The position numbers and the translations under genes were made by a program. Under the pieces are notes generated by a model. The model was not told the DNA's origin. It ran no database searches and saw nothing but the letters and a program-made list of their open reading frames with translations. From positions 721,246,001 to 721,310,000 of the forward strand of contig NC_067398.1 in NCBI RefSeq assembly GCF_016432865.1: a DNA stretch of 64,000 nt, in the 5' to 3' direction. The DNA comes from Antechinus flavipes. Lineage: Eukaryota. Shown here in pieces: positions 37,220-52,743 of this stretch (position 1 is its first letter; each line of letters starts with the position of its first letter).

Positions 37220-39750
37220 TTTGGTTGTTAATTCTATTTCATTAAATAAGAAAAAAAAATAGAAAAAAGTAAGACGAGAAAAACCTCCAAGAGATCATTG
37301 TCCCGTGCCCAGCAAAACATCAGGGAGGATTCAAAATATATAACAAAAAATTACATTTCAAGAAAGGATAGATAATAGTAGAATAAAGTATATTTATGAG
37401 CGTCCAGTTTTTCTTGGCTTCCTTTTAAATTGTTCTTTTGTTTTCTGCTGGGCACATTCTTTTTTCCCCCTCTTTAAATCCTTCCACCTCCCCCAAGCAG
37501 GCTATAGTTGAAGCACAGATGTATTTATATATAGATATATTCATACACCCCCCATCACCCCCCCACAAATACATAGAGCTACATATACCTATATGCAATT
37601 AACCATAGGTAAACATGCATCTAAAACAATTATGATTGATAGATATTTCTCGAATGAATCTTTTTTTTGTCTAAAGTATGATTATTAGCCATACTTTCCT
37701 TTCTAATAGATTCTACTCCTAATCCTTATTGTACTGTTTGTGTATATGTCTTTTATTTTATCCCTGCTAATTTCTGCTTTAATTCTGTTCCTTAACTTAC
37801 TTGCTATTACTTAACCTCCCTCTGCCCTGCCTCCTTTGTCTAATCTCACCCTTTGCTTCTCTCTCCCTCCATCCCTCCCTCATTTCTTTATAGATTTTGG
37901 AGCTTGCTATACCTTTCATGGCATATATATAGATAGATATAGGTAAAACTATATCTAATGTTGCCTTCATGTGTATAACATATTTACTATTTTTACCTTT
38001 CCTTAGGTGGTTTTGCTTTTTCGAGTCAGATCATATTTGATTCTGCCCCAATTTTTCTTTTGAGCTACCCAATTACTAGTGTCAATCTTAAACATATGAC
38101 ATACTTTTCCATGTTAAAAAAAAACAACAAACAAATAATTTGTCCACAGGAAGTTCCTTGAAATTCATCTTTGACATTGTCTTTTCTTTTGAGTTCAGGT
38201 TTGGGTGAAAGAAAGTCCTGAAAATCTACAAGTTCATTGGATGTCCGTTTTTAAAAATTCAATATTATAGATAATTTTGGGGATTGATATTTTTGGCCTC
38301 AAGCTTAATTCTTTTGATTGCCAGAATATATGATTCCAGGACCTGTGGTCTTCTGTTGTGGCTGCTAAGTCCTGTACAATTCTAATTGTAGTTCCAGTGT
38401 ATTTGAATTGTTTTATTTTTTCTTGAAAAATTTTCTGTTTGATCTCAAGGTTTCAAAATTTGGCAATAATAGTTGTATGAGTTGTGTAACATAACTGGAT
38501 TACTTATTATCTAGGATAGAGGGGAGGGGGCAATGGAGAGAGAAAAATTTGGAACACAAGATTTTACAAGAGGGACTATTGAAAATTACCTGCATATATT
38601 TTGAAAATTTTGAAAAAGGAAAACAAAATAATATTCCTATCTATGTTTTCCACAAAGCATCTTTTTGAAGTGGATTTTTTCTATTTTCTATTTTTCCCCT
38701 CATGTTCTATCACTCAAGGACAGTTTTCTTGGATTTTTCACATTATTGTATCAAGGTTCTTTTTTTTTTTTTTTTGTCACAGCTTTCAAGTAGTCCAATT
38801 ACTATATTTTCTCCTCTTGATTTGTTTTCCAAATTCTGTTCTGTTTTTTCACCTTTTATATTGTTTTGTTACTTCTTGTTCTCTTAGAGTTCATTGGCTT
38901 TCCCTTGCCCAATTTTAATTTTCAAAGAGTTATTTTTGTTTTAAATTAGACTGCAAATCTCCTTTTCTAGTTGGTTAACTTTTTTTATAATCTTGTTTCT
39001 CTTGGATGGTTTGATTTTTTATTTTCCTCAGTGTGTCTCATTTAATTTTTAAATTCTTTATAGTGAGTTTTATAAATTCTGGGCAGGGAAACATTTATTG
39101 TTACTCTTTGGGATAACTTTACTTCAGTGTCCTCTGAAGATAAACCTGGTGTTCCCTATCCCTATTATATAATAAGTTTCTGTGGTTGTGTTTTTTCTTG
39201 TTTATTCCTTTTTTTTTAATGAGAGGTGCTAGTATAAGCACCCCTAATCATGGGGTGGGAGGATGGTGCCTCTAGCTTCACTTCAGCTCTCCCCTCTAAC
39301 TTGGAACCCCAAACCAAAAGTTCCATCCTCTTGTAAGTGTCTACATCCAGCAGTATCCCTGCCCCCTGCTTCTGCACTCCTGGTTTGCTAGTTCCTTCTG
39401 ACTCAGAGCCCCAACTCGCCACAAAGCTGGGGCTTATGTTCCTAATCAGCAGAGGTTCCCTCTGCTTTCCTGGACTCAGCATGTAGTCCAGGAGGTGAAA
39501 GTTTCTGTGGTAGCCTCAAGATCTCCACTTTTTCTTTCTGTGCAGCTAGCCTGGGAGTGTTTGCATTTCATGTTGGTGTCTTTCTTGGTATTTTCTTGGG
39601 TTGTGCCTGGGGGACCCCTGTTTTGCCCCAGTCTTGATTTTTTTCACCCATCTATATTTGCCTTGAAGCCCAAATTTGTTCCCTTTGTGGGGAAATGTGG
39701 AGAGTTTGAAATTTTCTGACCTATTCCACAATCTTCCCAGAATCTTCTCA
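37220..39750 (-). mobile_element. Second HAL1-like element (about 2.5 kb), antisense in TUBA3 intron 1
   Basis: Reverse complement of 38640-38900 matches ORF1 region 27600-27900, and 37290-37340 matches 29123-29167; no ORF2 between ORF1 and the 3' end. Confidence 0.7.
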
Positions 39751-39881
39751 AAGATAATGGTTCTAAAAGGGCTTGAAAACCATAAAGTAGCATAGAAAGA
39801 AAGGTAAGCTGATAATTTGTTTTTCCTACAAATATTGACTACCTAGAAAATTAACTTGTACTTGTTTGTTTTTGTTTGTAG

Positions 39882-40121
<240 letters not shown>

Positions 40122-40129
40122 TAAATTAA

Positions 40130-40905
40130 GATTTTAATCACAATGATAGAGGGACTTCCCATTTTCTCTTCTAGATCTGCATTGACAGTTGCAAATCCTT
40201 TTGTTCCAAATTTTCTCCTTCTTCCCCCCACCCCTTCCCCCAGATGGCAGGTTGACAAATACATGTTAAATACAATATATGTATACATGTCCTAACACTT
40301 ATTTTGCTGTACAAAAAGAATCAGACTTTGAAATAGTGTACAATTAGCCTGTGAAGGAAATCAAAAATGCAGGCAGACAATAATAGAGGGATTGGGAGTT
40401 CTATGTGGTGATTCATAGTCATCTCCCAGAGTTCTTTCGCTGAGTGCAGCTGCTTCAATTCATTACTGCTCTTTTGGAACTGATTTGGTCCATCTCATTG
40501 TTGAAGAAGGCCACGTCCGTCAGAATTGGTCATCATATAGTATTGTTGTTGAAGTGTAAAATGATTTCCTGTTTCTGCTCATTTCACTCAGCATCAGTTC
40601 ATGTGAGTCTCTCCAAGCCTCTCCATATTCATCCTGCTGGTCATTTCTTACAGAACAATAATATTCCATAGCATTCAGATATCACAATTTATTCAGCCAT
40701 TCTCCAATTGATGGGCATCCACTCAGTTTCCAGTTTCTGGCCATTACAAAGAGGGCTGCCACAAACATTCTTGCACATATAGGTCCTTTTCCCTTCTTTA
40801 AGATCTCTTTGGAATATAAGCCCAGTAGTAACACTGCTGGATCAAAGGGTATGCACAGTTTGATAGCTTTTTGAGCATAGTTCCAAATTGCTCTCCAGAA
40901 TGGCT
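40130..40905 (-). mobile_element. L1 3' fragment in TUBA3 intron 2 (another L1 tail at about 41480-41760 +)
   Basis: ORF 40682-41002 reads WRAIWNYAQKAIKLCIPFDPAVLLLGLY...MFVAALFVMARNWK, the L1 ORF2 C-terminus. Confidence 0.9.
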
Positions 40906-41239
40906 GGAAAATAGGACTTTTTTGTAATTCAAGAAAGGAATAACAGGAAACCAAAATTGTACAGAGCTTGTTATAAAGAGATACCAAAAAATACATATAC
41001 ATGGGAGTCTATGTACACACACATACACACACTTTCTGTCTCTCCTGTCCTTTCTCAGAGATGTTCAGAGCTAAATTACTGGACAGATAATATCTTTACA
41101 TTCTTACAGCTATCCTGGGAGAGAAGCAGCTCACGTTATGAGGGCAAAATGTTGTTCCTTTGTGTCTTGACTCTCTTACCCCAAAGGCCAATAAACAGCA
41201 GGCCTTTCTATCCTGCAAAATTTCTCAAGTCTGTCTAAG

Positions 41240-42480
41240 CTCATGTTCATTGCTTCCCTGACAATCTGCATCTCATCCTCTGCCATTCACTTCTCCTTTT
41301 GTCTTCAATCTTTGCTAATATGAGGGTTTTTTCCAATGAGTCCTGTCTTCTCATTATGTGGCCAGAGTTATTTCAGCTTCAGTATTTGATCTTCCAGTGA
41401 AGAGTCTGAATTAATGCCTTTAAATATTGATTGATTTGATCTTGCTGTCCCAGGCACTCTCAAAATTCTTCTTTTAATGATTAAGGCCACTTCCAATGAT
41501 CTTGTGATGAAGAGAACCATTTACATCCAGAGAGAGGACTGTGGAAACTGAGTGTGGATCACAACATAGTATTCTCACTCTTTTTTTGTTGTTTGCTTGC
41601 ATTTTGTTTTCTTTCTCATTTTTTCCTTTTTGATCTAATTTTTCTTGTGCAGCCTGATTATTATATAAATATGTATACATATATTGGATTTAACATATGT
41701 AACATATTTTGGATTACTTGCCATCTAGGGGAGGGGGTGGGAGAAAGGAGGGGGAAATTTCTGGAGCTTCGTTGCTTTCTCCATAATCCAGCAATTTAGT
41801 CTCTTTGGCCCCTTTAAAAACCTGCACTTCTGGTAATTTTTAGTTCACGTTTGCCGAAGCCAAAGTATAAACCTTGCTCGGTTCAGTAATTTGAATATCC
41901 TTTGATAGTCCCTTCTTTAGTATTGGGACATAAATTGATGTTTTCTAATCCAGTGGCTACTGTTTAATTCTCTAAGTTTGTTGGCATATTGAGTAGCACT
42001 TCAAAAACTAGGGTTTAGGGTTTTAGGGTTTTAAATCGCTCAGCAGGAATTCCACATGTCCGTTAGCCTTGTTAGCAGTGCTTCCAGGATTTCTGATTGT
42101 GCGTCAGTGATTATACCATTATGGTTATCAGTGATGTGAAGAACTTTTTTGTGTAGTTCTTTTGTGTATTCTTGGCAGCTTGGCTATCTCTTCTGCTTCT
42201 GTGAAGTTCCTATCACTTTTGTCTTTTACCACATCCATTTTTCTCTTGACGAGCTCTCCGGCTCATTTTATTGTTTTCTTCTATTTCTTTGCATTGTTCA
42301 TTTAAGAAAACCTTTTCTCTCCTTGCTACTCTGGAATTCTGTATTCAATTGGGTGAATCTTATTCCTTTTCTCTTTTCTTTTCTTTTTTTTTCCCCCAAA
42401 GCTGTTTGTAAAACTTCACCAGAAGTCATTTAGTTTTCTTGTTCTTCTTTTTTGGCATTTTCTCTTATTGCTCCCTGTAC
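41240..42480 (-). mobile_element. RTE (BovB-related) LINE fragments, interrupted by an L1 tail
   Basis: GGGTTTTTTCCAATGAGTC..TCTTCTCATTATGTGGCCA.AGT.TT.CAGCTTCAG and TTTGTTGGCATATTGAGT.GCAC resemble RTE/BovB consensus (recalled). Confidence 0.7.
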
Positions 42481-42740
42481 AATATTTCGAACTTCTGTCC
42501 ACAGTTTTTTAGAAGTGAGCTCTAATGAGATATTTGTAAAACTCAAAGCAGTCTATGAATGCTAGCTATTGTTAATTACTAGTTGAAATACCATGTTACC
42601 TACATAATTAACTTTTTATTCAGCTAAGCTCTCCTCTCCCCACTCTTTTTCCCTACAACATTCTCCCTGAGAAATTTTCTGAATTTCAAATTATTTCTTT
42701 ATTGGCCTTTAGGGAGCATGTGCTCCTTTGCAGAATCTGA

Positions 42741-43097
<357 letters not shown>

Positions 43098-44890
43098 TGA
43101 CTGAGTGTCTTTAAATCCCATTCTGACTTTAAGATTTTCTCAGTATCCTAATACTATTTATTTGATTTATAGGTGACATATAACTAGTATTCTGAAGTTT
43201 TGCAAAACAATTTAATCAGTAAGCATTTATTAGCCACCCACTGTGTTTCAGGCATCATGGTAGGGATAGAAAGACCCCCTCCAAGAGCTTACATTTTGAA
43301 GGACATAATAGAAACATTTTAAAGTATGTGCAAAATAAAATCTAGGGACCCCCGGGAGGTAGAACCTAGTTCCTGGGCAGCCCAAGAACGGCCTCCTCAG
43401 AAGGTTCCACATAAAAGAGAGTAGGGGTGTGCCCAAGGGTGGAGGTAAAGAGGGTCTGCATTCCAGGCCTGAGGGCAGAGAGCCTAAAAAAAGGCGCCCA
43501 GGGTGAGGGAGTATTGTTTGGAACTGCAGGGGAGGGGGAGGGTGCCCGAGAGGGCTCAGTTGAGCAATGGGTGATGTGGCCTAGGCTCGGGAGAGATGAG
43601 CGCGTGGCCATCAGTATCCATAGAGTTAAACTTGTGGGTGTTAATGAGGTCACCAGGTGAGAGGTGAGGGACAGAAAGGAAAGGGCCCAGGATGAGCCTG
43701 AAAGGTACCTGTACCCCGTTAGGGGCCAGGACTCTGATGAAGAACCAGAAGGGGAAAAGGAGATTGGGTCTAGAAAACTGGGAGAGAGGGGGACAGGATC
43801 CTGAGCTGCAGAGAGGTGCCATATGTTCACACTGCCGCTGGGGCAGAGGCAGGGTCTTCTGGTCCAGGCAAATGTTCTTTGCCTCGGTGACATTTTGTTG
43901 GTTGGAATTCAGCGAACACTTGTTCTGAGAGATGTTTTTAAAAGGATAGGAGGGGCACTTATAAGAGAGAGTGAGGCAGAGCTCTGAGCAGTGGCCCTTT
44001 TGTAAAGGGTCCTCAGTTCTTCCTCACAATCTGAGATGGCTGCCTGCTTCCAGAGCCCCATTTTTATAGGGCCGGATATCCAGACATTCAAGAACAGCTC
44101 TACCAGAGGCAGAATGATTCTATTCACGTGCAGAACTTTGATGGGATTCTGTTGAACGGATTAATACTGATTGGACTATTCCAATAATCCACGTGATTGA
44201 TTTTCTCACACTTCAGTCTAGCAGGGGAGGTAATTGGTGTCTGCGTCATGGTCTGAAATCCCTGTGCGGGTTCTCCTCCAGCTCGTCCCGGTCCTCCTTC
44301 CTGCCTCAGGGGCAGGATGCTATGAGTTGAGGTGGGAGCTGCCTGCTGGTGCATCCTGGACCTCTCCTGAACTGAGCCATCTTTGAAATGACAGAAGCAG
44401 GCTTTCTTTGGGCTTCTGAGGAGGAATACCTGTTACTAATGCTCGTAAAGACGACAAAGTGCAGTGAAATTGAGGAGAGGGAGCCAGGAGGTGGCTGCAG
44501 CCAGGCTTAGATGTCAGTCATTGGGGGAAGTTCCATTGTAGCAATGAGTCACGGTGTGGAGATGCAGAGCGCCGAGTGAGTTTAGGCAAAACATTCTCAA
44601 CGTGCTGGTTAATGTGGGAGTTTTGATGTCGTTCCTTGGTGTATAGAAAAACCAGGGCTATACTTGATTCTGTAGCAGTGATGGACTCACAGTCGGGGTG
44701 GCTGCATAAGAATAATGGTTCTTGTCATTCAAAAGACATATGGAATGGGGGATGTTTTAGATGAAAGTTTTAGAAGGAGCCTGGGAAGGCCATCTGCAAT
44801 TCCTTCCTAACCCTTTAGTATAAACAAGCTTTGCAGCAGTTAGAGGGCAGTCTGAGAGTGGCCAGCTTGCAGCAGTTGGGGAGGTTCTAA

Positions 44891-45994
<1,104 letters not shown>

Positions 45995-46572
45995 TGAGGA
46001 GCCAGGAAGAGGAGGCTGAGCTAAATTTGTGAGCCTGTGGGGGAGGGAGGGGAAGGTGTCACTTGGCAGAGCTCAGGGAATGCTCTGCAGGCAAGGCAAG
46101 CAGCAACTACAAAGGCACAGGCACAGGACTGGGAGGGAGAGAGGCGTGTCCTTAGGCTTGAGTTTGCTTCATTTAGGTTCCTCCAAGGCTTACGCTTTTA
46201 CCAAAAGGAGGCCACCTGAGTGGACAGGGGGGTCAGCCCCATGGTCCCTGCCTGCCCCTGGAAAAATGTGCACAGAGCTGGTGCTTGGTGCCTGTTGTCA
46301 GGGTGCGCACACCAGCGGGCCGGCATTAGCCCCCAGGTTTGTGACGGCTCCCAGGAGTCAAGTTACAGGGTAGAGTGAAAAGCACATTTCTGGGGTATCT
46401 GGTGACAGTAAAAAAAAAAAACAAAACAAAAACAGTCTGGCCTGGACCTGAAGGAGCGAGTGGGAGGATGCTTCAGGGCTAGCTCCCCCAGTCTGGGGAG
46501 AAGGTAGCAGTGATAGGAGTCTGGAGACCACGGAAGGCCCAAGGTCAGAATATTAGTAACTACCAGTGATGA

Positions 46573-46902
<330 letters not shown>

Positions 46903-46973
46903 TTGAAGAGGAATGCCGGGGAGCCTTGCCTCCCACCCCCCACAAGTATAACTGGTTACATAATTTGTTTACG

Positions 46974-46979
46974 AATAAA
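46974..46979 (+). terminator. TUBA3: Polyadenylation signal of TUBA3
   Basis: AATAAA 72 nt after the stop, followed by a T-rich tract. Confidence 0.8.
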
Positions 46980-49611
46980 TGTTTCCCTTTTGAAGCAGTT
47001 TGGTCTTTTCTCTCTAGTCTCACAAAACTCGTTTGAGTCAGCCTGACTAGGATCCAAGGGACGTTCTTGGACCTGGATTGGACCCCAGAAATCCTGGGGT
47101 TCTCTCTCTTCCCTCCATCTGCCTCCTGACACTTCAGTAAGAAATACGCACTACTGGAGCAGGGCCAGTTGCGTTTATAGACAGCTCGTTGCAATGGGGA
47201 CGTGAATTTGTAGGTGAGTCACCCCAGACCTGGGAGGGACCTCTGCGAGTCCAGAAATCAGCATCTGTGCAGTGACTGGGGAGGTCTCGTAGACAGCGCT
47301 CATTAGGAGGTTATTAAGTTGAGGGTAGTTTCTCCCCATTGCTCCCGGTTTCTCCTCTGGGGCCGCACCCAGCGAGGCTTGTACGAATGACGACTTGTGT
47401 CCCATCGGCCTTTTTGGGACCAAGGCTTTCCCCTAGAATTTTGACTCAAACAACTTCGTCTTCCACGTTGACAGAATCTAGAGGAACGGAGCTTAAACTT
47501 TAAAGGGCTCTTTATGGCAATGAGTGTCTCAGATAAATTAGTTCCTGGCTTCAGAGTGACTCAGAGGACTCAATATTGAAGGATGGGAGCTTGTCACTTA
47601 CACCTTCAAAGGGGACTTCAGAGGAAGGTGTATCGGGGCGTTTGTATGCAGGTAAGGGATTAGAGCTTAGAGTCTGCCTTGGGCCCCCCATTCTGGGCCA
47701 CGTGATGGAAAGGCTGTCTGGGGTAGCTGGTAGGGAGTGTCCCCAAGAAAACATGGGTGAGAATGGTTTTTCAATAGGTTTTATGGCTATTTTTTTGTCT
47801 CTATATCATTTTCCCCATGCTTCCTTCACACCTTCCTAGAAAGCTACCCTTAATAATAATGAATTTTAAAAGTTCAGCGAATCCAACCCATCAACAAGTC
47901 GGCCATTGTATGTAGTAGTCCCCACCTCTGGGCCCCCATTTCAGCTAAGGTGTATTGGAAGATGTGACTTAAGCAGACCCGGGCATCGTAAACGTGGAGG
48001 GGATGTTAACTGTCGATACGCTCTGGACTTCTGGGTCAGAGGAGCTGAATGAGTTTGGGTCGGCCTGGCAGAGGCAGGAGATGGGCACAATGATCACAGA
48101 CCTGTCTTCTCTGCCGAGGAGGGTGATGTTTGCACTGGAAATGACAGAACCAAAAAACGGCCGGGGATGTTACCCATAGGTGCCTTGATAGACAGTCACC
48201 TGGTCTAGACAGGAAGCGTGGGTTTTAGAGCGCTTTCAGGAAATTCCCTTATTGGTCAACACATTTTCTAAAATGAGGACTGGCACGTGTCGTGCTGGGT
48301 CATTGGCAACGATCTTTGAAAGAGCAAGGAAAATGGGAAGGGTCCTGGAGGTCTTCTGACCCGAGAGACCTGCCCTGGGGAAGGGGAAAAGCCAATTTTC
48401 AAAAAAGGGAAGGGAACAGAGGCTCCAAACTGGAGATCATAATGGCAGTTCCTGGGAAAATACCGGAACAGATCATTCAAAGACAAATATCAGCAGATAA
48501 TCTATAAAATTGGGAGCGTTCATTACGAAAAGCCAACCTGCCCTTTTGGAGGGGATTACTCATGTAAACTCCCTTAAATTGATTCAAGTGGGTCAGAAAA
48601 GCAGAGTCTGCTTCGATTTTTTTATTATGAACCTGACAAAGCAACGGAAAAGGGCTGTGAATGTTGGGTAGGGCTCGTTTATAGCGGATGTTAAATTCAG
48701 CACTCGCGCCTAAATGCCGCCCTGCTGCTCCTTGTTCCCTTCTCGACGGCCTTCTGCCCTCTCTGGCATTGAAGGGTGGGGTTGGATCTGGGCGTTCACT
48801 CCCTCCCGTCCTCCCCTGGGTAGAGCTTTCCATTGTAATAATAAATGAGGGCGCTGCTCCTAGGCTGGTGATTGGTTGTGATGGCTCGGAAGGTTCTTCA
48901 GTCCTTTCCAATATGGCCGTTGCCGCAGAACTTCCCCTCCCAGTTCTGCACCCTTCCCTCCCCATGGGTTCTCAGCCTGCCCAGGTTTCTCCGGGTCCAT
49001 CCCGCCAGGATCCAGCTGCTCCAGAATTGACGGGCACCTTTTTGGGGGCCAATGGTCTCCAGTTTGGTGACTCTGAGGGTACAGTTCGACCTCTTCCCCC
49101 AGTGTGGCGGATCTCCCCCTGAGTTGCCGCTAATCAGGGGAGGGGTACCTTGGCACTAGGTCTTTCATTAGAGGGGATCGGGACTGGAGGCAGTGTCCAC
49201 TTAGCTCTCAGAGCCTCGACTGCCCGGTGGAGCCTCCTTTGCCCGTGGGGTGGATGTGCAGTGATGGAGGATTTAAGGTGGAACACTCCCCTCTCCCCTT
49301 CTCATTTACAGAAAGGAAAAGTGTCCTTGACTAGGGACTGGCCCAAGATCCCACGGCACCGAGGACCCAAGGCAGGCCTGGGATTCAGTCCTCCTTGAGT
49401 CCAAAACCGGGCTCTTTGCCCTGGGCTACACCTGCCCCCCCAGACACAGATTTGAGAGACCGGCTGTTAGAAAGGGCCCTGCCGCCACCTCGGGCTAATC
49501 CATAGCTTCTCTGCTTCCCACCCTATGTTACCACACAGTCCCGGTGAGTGTCCAGAGTGAATAAGGAGGCCCAAGGTCAATCAATCCACCAGCCTCCATC
49601 TCAAAGCATGG

Positions 49612-49617
49612 TTTATT
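49612..49617 (-). terminator. MZT2: Polyadenylation signal of MZT2
   Basis: TTTATT on + (AATAAA on -) about 95 nt past the stop. Confidence 0.75.
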
Positions 49618-49711
49618 GCCAGCGGAACTCCCGGTTCCGGACGTGGGCCCTTCTGTTCCTGAGCTTCCAGGCTGTTCGCTAGGCTACCTTCCCACCGGCC
49701 CTTCCTGCCCC

Positions 49712-49854
49712 TCAGTTACTGCTCCGGGTGGGGCTCTTCCCCGTGCCCCCCTTGGGCAGCCGGCTGGCACTGGGCTGCCTGGGCATCCGCTGGCTCGATC
49801 CTTCTCGGCCGCCGCGCTCCCCCAGCACGGCCGTCCCGCTGCTCTTGTTTCTCC
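49712..49854 (-). CDS. MZT2: Mitotic spindle organizing protein 2, exon 3 (GRNKSSGTAVLGERGGREGSSQRMPRQPSASRLPKGGTGKSPTRSSN*)
   Basis: CCGCAG| acceptor, phase 1 matches exon 2; REGSSQRMPRQPSA.RLPKGG matches MZT2A/B. Not shown in the ORF track because it is spliced. Confidence 0.95.
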
Positions 49855-52413
49855 CTGCGGGGACAAACGTCGGCCGTTAGAGCCCCGCGGCTCCTGCCGC
49901 GCCGTCCCCCCCCACGTACTTGTGTTCCCACCGGGCACGTTCCCAGGCAGACATTTCCACGTAAGCCATCCGCCGAGGCAGCCTGCCGTCCCGAGGCCAA
50001 CGGGAAGCTTTTGGCAACGAAACCACAGGAACACAAGCGTTCTGCGCAGCAGCCGGGGACGCGCGTGCAAGGGCCGGAGGCCGGGGGTCCGGGTGGGGGC
50101 GAGCACGGGCCCTCCCCCCAGGAACACGGGCTAACATGCTTGCCAGAAACCACGGTGCTGAAGCTGCTCCCGGAGTGTTTTTGTGGTAGGAACGCCGCCG
50201 TCTCTGAGGAGGGTCTCGGGCCAAGCAAGGGGGGCTGCAGGGGCATCCCCCCTCCCCCGCCCCATCCAGGCCACAAAAACACTCTCCACTCGGCCATGCA
50301 CCGCCTGCTCACAGCCGCGGGAAAAGCGGGCCCTCGGTCCTCCTGCGGGGTCCGGCCTAGAGGAGCCCAAGTCCACCCGCCGCGGAGCCCGCCGGCTAAC
50401 TCCAACAACGGGGCCGGGGGCCCGGTCCCGAGCACCCTCGCCTCACTAGGCTCTCTAGCTCCCACCCGCAGCCTGACAGGGAGCTCGCTACTTCCAAAGG
50501 CCCCGTTCGGGCAGCTCCCCTCTCACAAGCCCTTAGCTTCGCTGAGGTTACCCAGGCTGCCATCGTTAGGAAGTCAGGAGTTGGCAGGGACCTCGGAGGG
50601 CACCGGGCCCGTAGCAACCATACGGGGCACCTGAGCCCCAGGACGGCCCAGCCCCTCGATGGCCTCTCCGGACAGTTCTGAGGCTTCACTCCCACCCCGG
50701 GCAGAGAACACCCAGAGCCACCGGCGAGCGTTTCTCAAGCTGGGTTCCCAATGTCCCCTTCGGGGCCAGGGGCCCGCTCTGCCGCATCGCCCTCAGATGC
50801 CGGCCCTGCCTCCTGACTTCCAGGGATCTCCTGCTCCTCCCCTCCTCTTCCTCCTTCTTCCCTCCTTCTCCTCCTCCTCTCCTCTTCCTCCTCCTTCCCT
50901 CCTCTTCCTCTTCCTCCTCCCCCTCTGGATAACAAGTGGCCCCCGTGGCCCAGGAACAGCCTCCTCTCCTCCAGGGAGACTGGCCTCCGCAGGATCCCTC
51001 TGCCCGGAGCCCATCCCGGCCGGCTCCACGTTCCAGTTCAGAGGTCACACGGATAGTTTGCAGGCTCTTCAGGCCGGAGCCGAGCCCGGGGCTCTCCGAT
51101 GCCCTCCTCTCCCGACGTCCTTTAGCTCGATTCTGCTTCCGAGCCAGCCCCCCAGAGCTGTCATCTCCATTTCCAAGGGAGGAAGCCCCCGCTGAAGGGC
51201 TCGTCCCGAGGCTGGATTGGAACCTGGGCCGGGCTCACTGGGGACGCCGCCTGTGGCCGTCGTCGTCGAGAACCTTAGAACGGAAGCGTCGGAGTCGGCT
51301 CCTGGTCTGGACCCCGGCGGGCGCCTCATCCACACGGGCGCCGTCGCAGGGAGGCGCCTCAGGCCCAGAGAACGTGAGCAGCCGCTTCAGACAGGGATCA
51401 CCCATAACTCTTTTGGGGCAAAGACACGGGAGCGCGGTCGTCTCCTTCTCCAGCTCCTTTTACAGACGAGGAAACTGAGGCAGCACCTTCCTGGGCTTCT
51501 GGGCTGGCCCTTGAATCTCTGCACGTGAGGAGGTTCTTCTGGCCAGAGGCGCAGGACGGACTGGTCGGTCTCCCGGCCACAGACAACGAGAGCGGAGCCA
51601 GGGCGGCCGTCCCCTCTCCTCTGGCTCAGCTCAGAAGGGCAGCCGGATCCGGAGGGGGAGGCCCGGGAGCCAGGCCCGCCTCTGCCCCGCAGCCCCGGGG
51701 TCGGTCTGTCAGACGCCCGACGGCCCAGAGCTTGGGGGGTTCCATCTGGTCCAGGCGCTTCTGCCACCGGCCCTCAGAAAACCGTCCCTGCGGGGGCCCC
51801 CAAACTTGTCCAGGACGAGAGGAACGGCACCCAGACCCGTCCTTGGGCAGAATCACCAGGTTGCAGCCCCTGCTGGGCGAGTGGGAGCCCGCCGGCCCGG
51901 CTAGGACTCGGGGGCATCCCAGAGTGGCCAGTCGAGCACCAAGGCTGCCCGGGAGGGATGTCCCCTGTGTGTGGGGAGACTCGGACCCAAGAAACCCAGA
52001 GCTGGAGCCTGGCCTCTGCCCCCCCAGTCACTGAGGGCATCTGCCTATGCCCAACCTCCCAGCTGCCTCCTCCTGGCTCCTCCGGCCCTTCTGCCTCTCT
52101 CGTGGCCTCCCATGATGCCCCGGGTCAGATGGGCTCCTCCTGCCTTTATTCCCCCCTATCTTCTATCCGGCTTCGGCCATGCTCCTCTTCCTTCTCCACA
52201 GAGCAGATTGTTGGGGCTCAATGACCGAGCCCCAGCCCATGGTTGGGCCCCAGGACAAAGGCCCCCATCCTCCAGACCACCAGCCCCACACGCAGGGCAC
52301 TTCCCAGCCCCCATTCTTTAGGCCTTGCCCAAAGGCCACATCCTGCAGGAACCCCCCCCCCCGAGGGCTCGGGGGGCGCTAGATCCATTCGCTGCTTGTT
52401 GTGAGAACAGCTG

Positions 52414-52743
52414 GGTGGTGCAGGGGATCCTGCAGGGGGTGCAGGGGATGCTGCATAGGGTGCGGGGGATGCTGCAGGGGGTGCGGGGGATGCTGCAGGT
52501 GGTGGGGGGGGGAGGGTGTGTGCTGCAGGTGGTGCAGGGGATGCTGCAGGGGGTGCAGGGGATGCTGCAGGTGGTGCAGGGGATGCTGCAGGTGGTGCGG
52601 GGGATGCTGCAGGGGATGCTGCAGGTGGTGCGGGGGATGCTGCAGGTGGTGCAGGGGATGCTGCAGGTGGTGCGGGGGATGCTGCAGGGGATGCGGGGGA
52701 TGCTGCAGGGGATGCTGCAGGGGATGCTGCAGGTGGTGCAGGG
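52414..52743. repeat. Minisatellite of 21/12-bp units (GGGATGCTGCAGGTGGTGC[A/G]) in MZT2 intron 2
   Basis: Directly visible. Confidence 0.95.

Noticed and set aside
42009-42032. TAGGGTTTAGGGTTTTAGGGTTTT as an interstitial telomere
   Set aside because: Only three imperfect units, not TTAGGG-phased, and located inside an RTE fragment; more likely local slippage.
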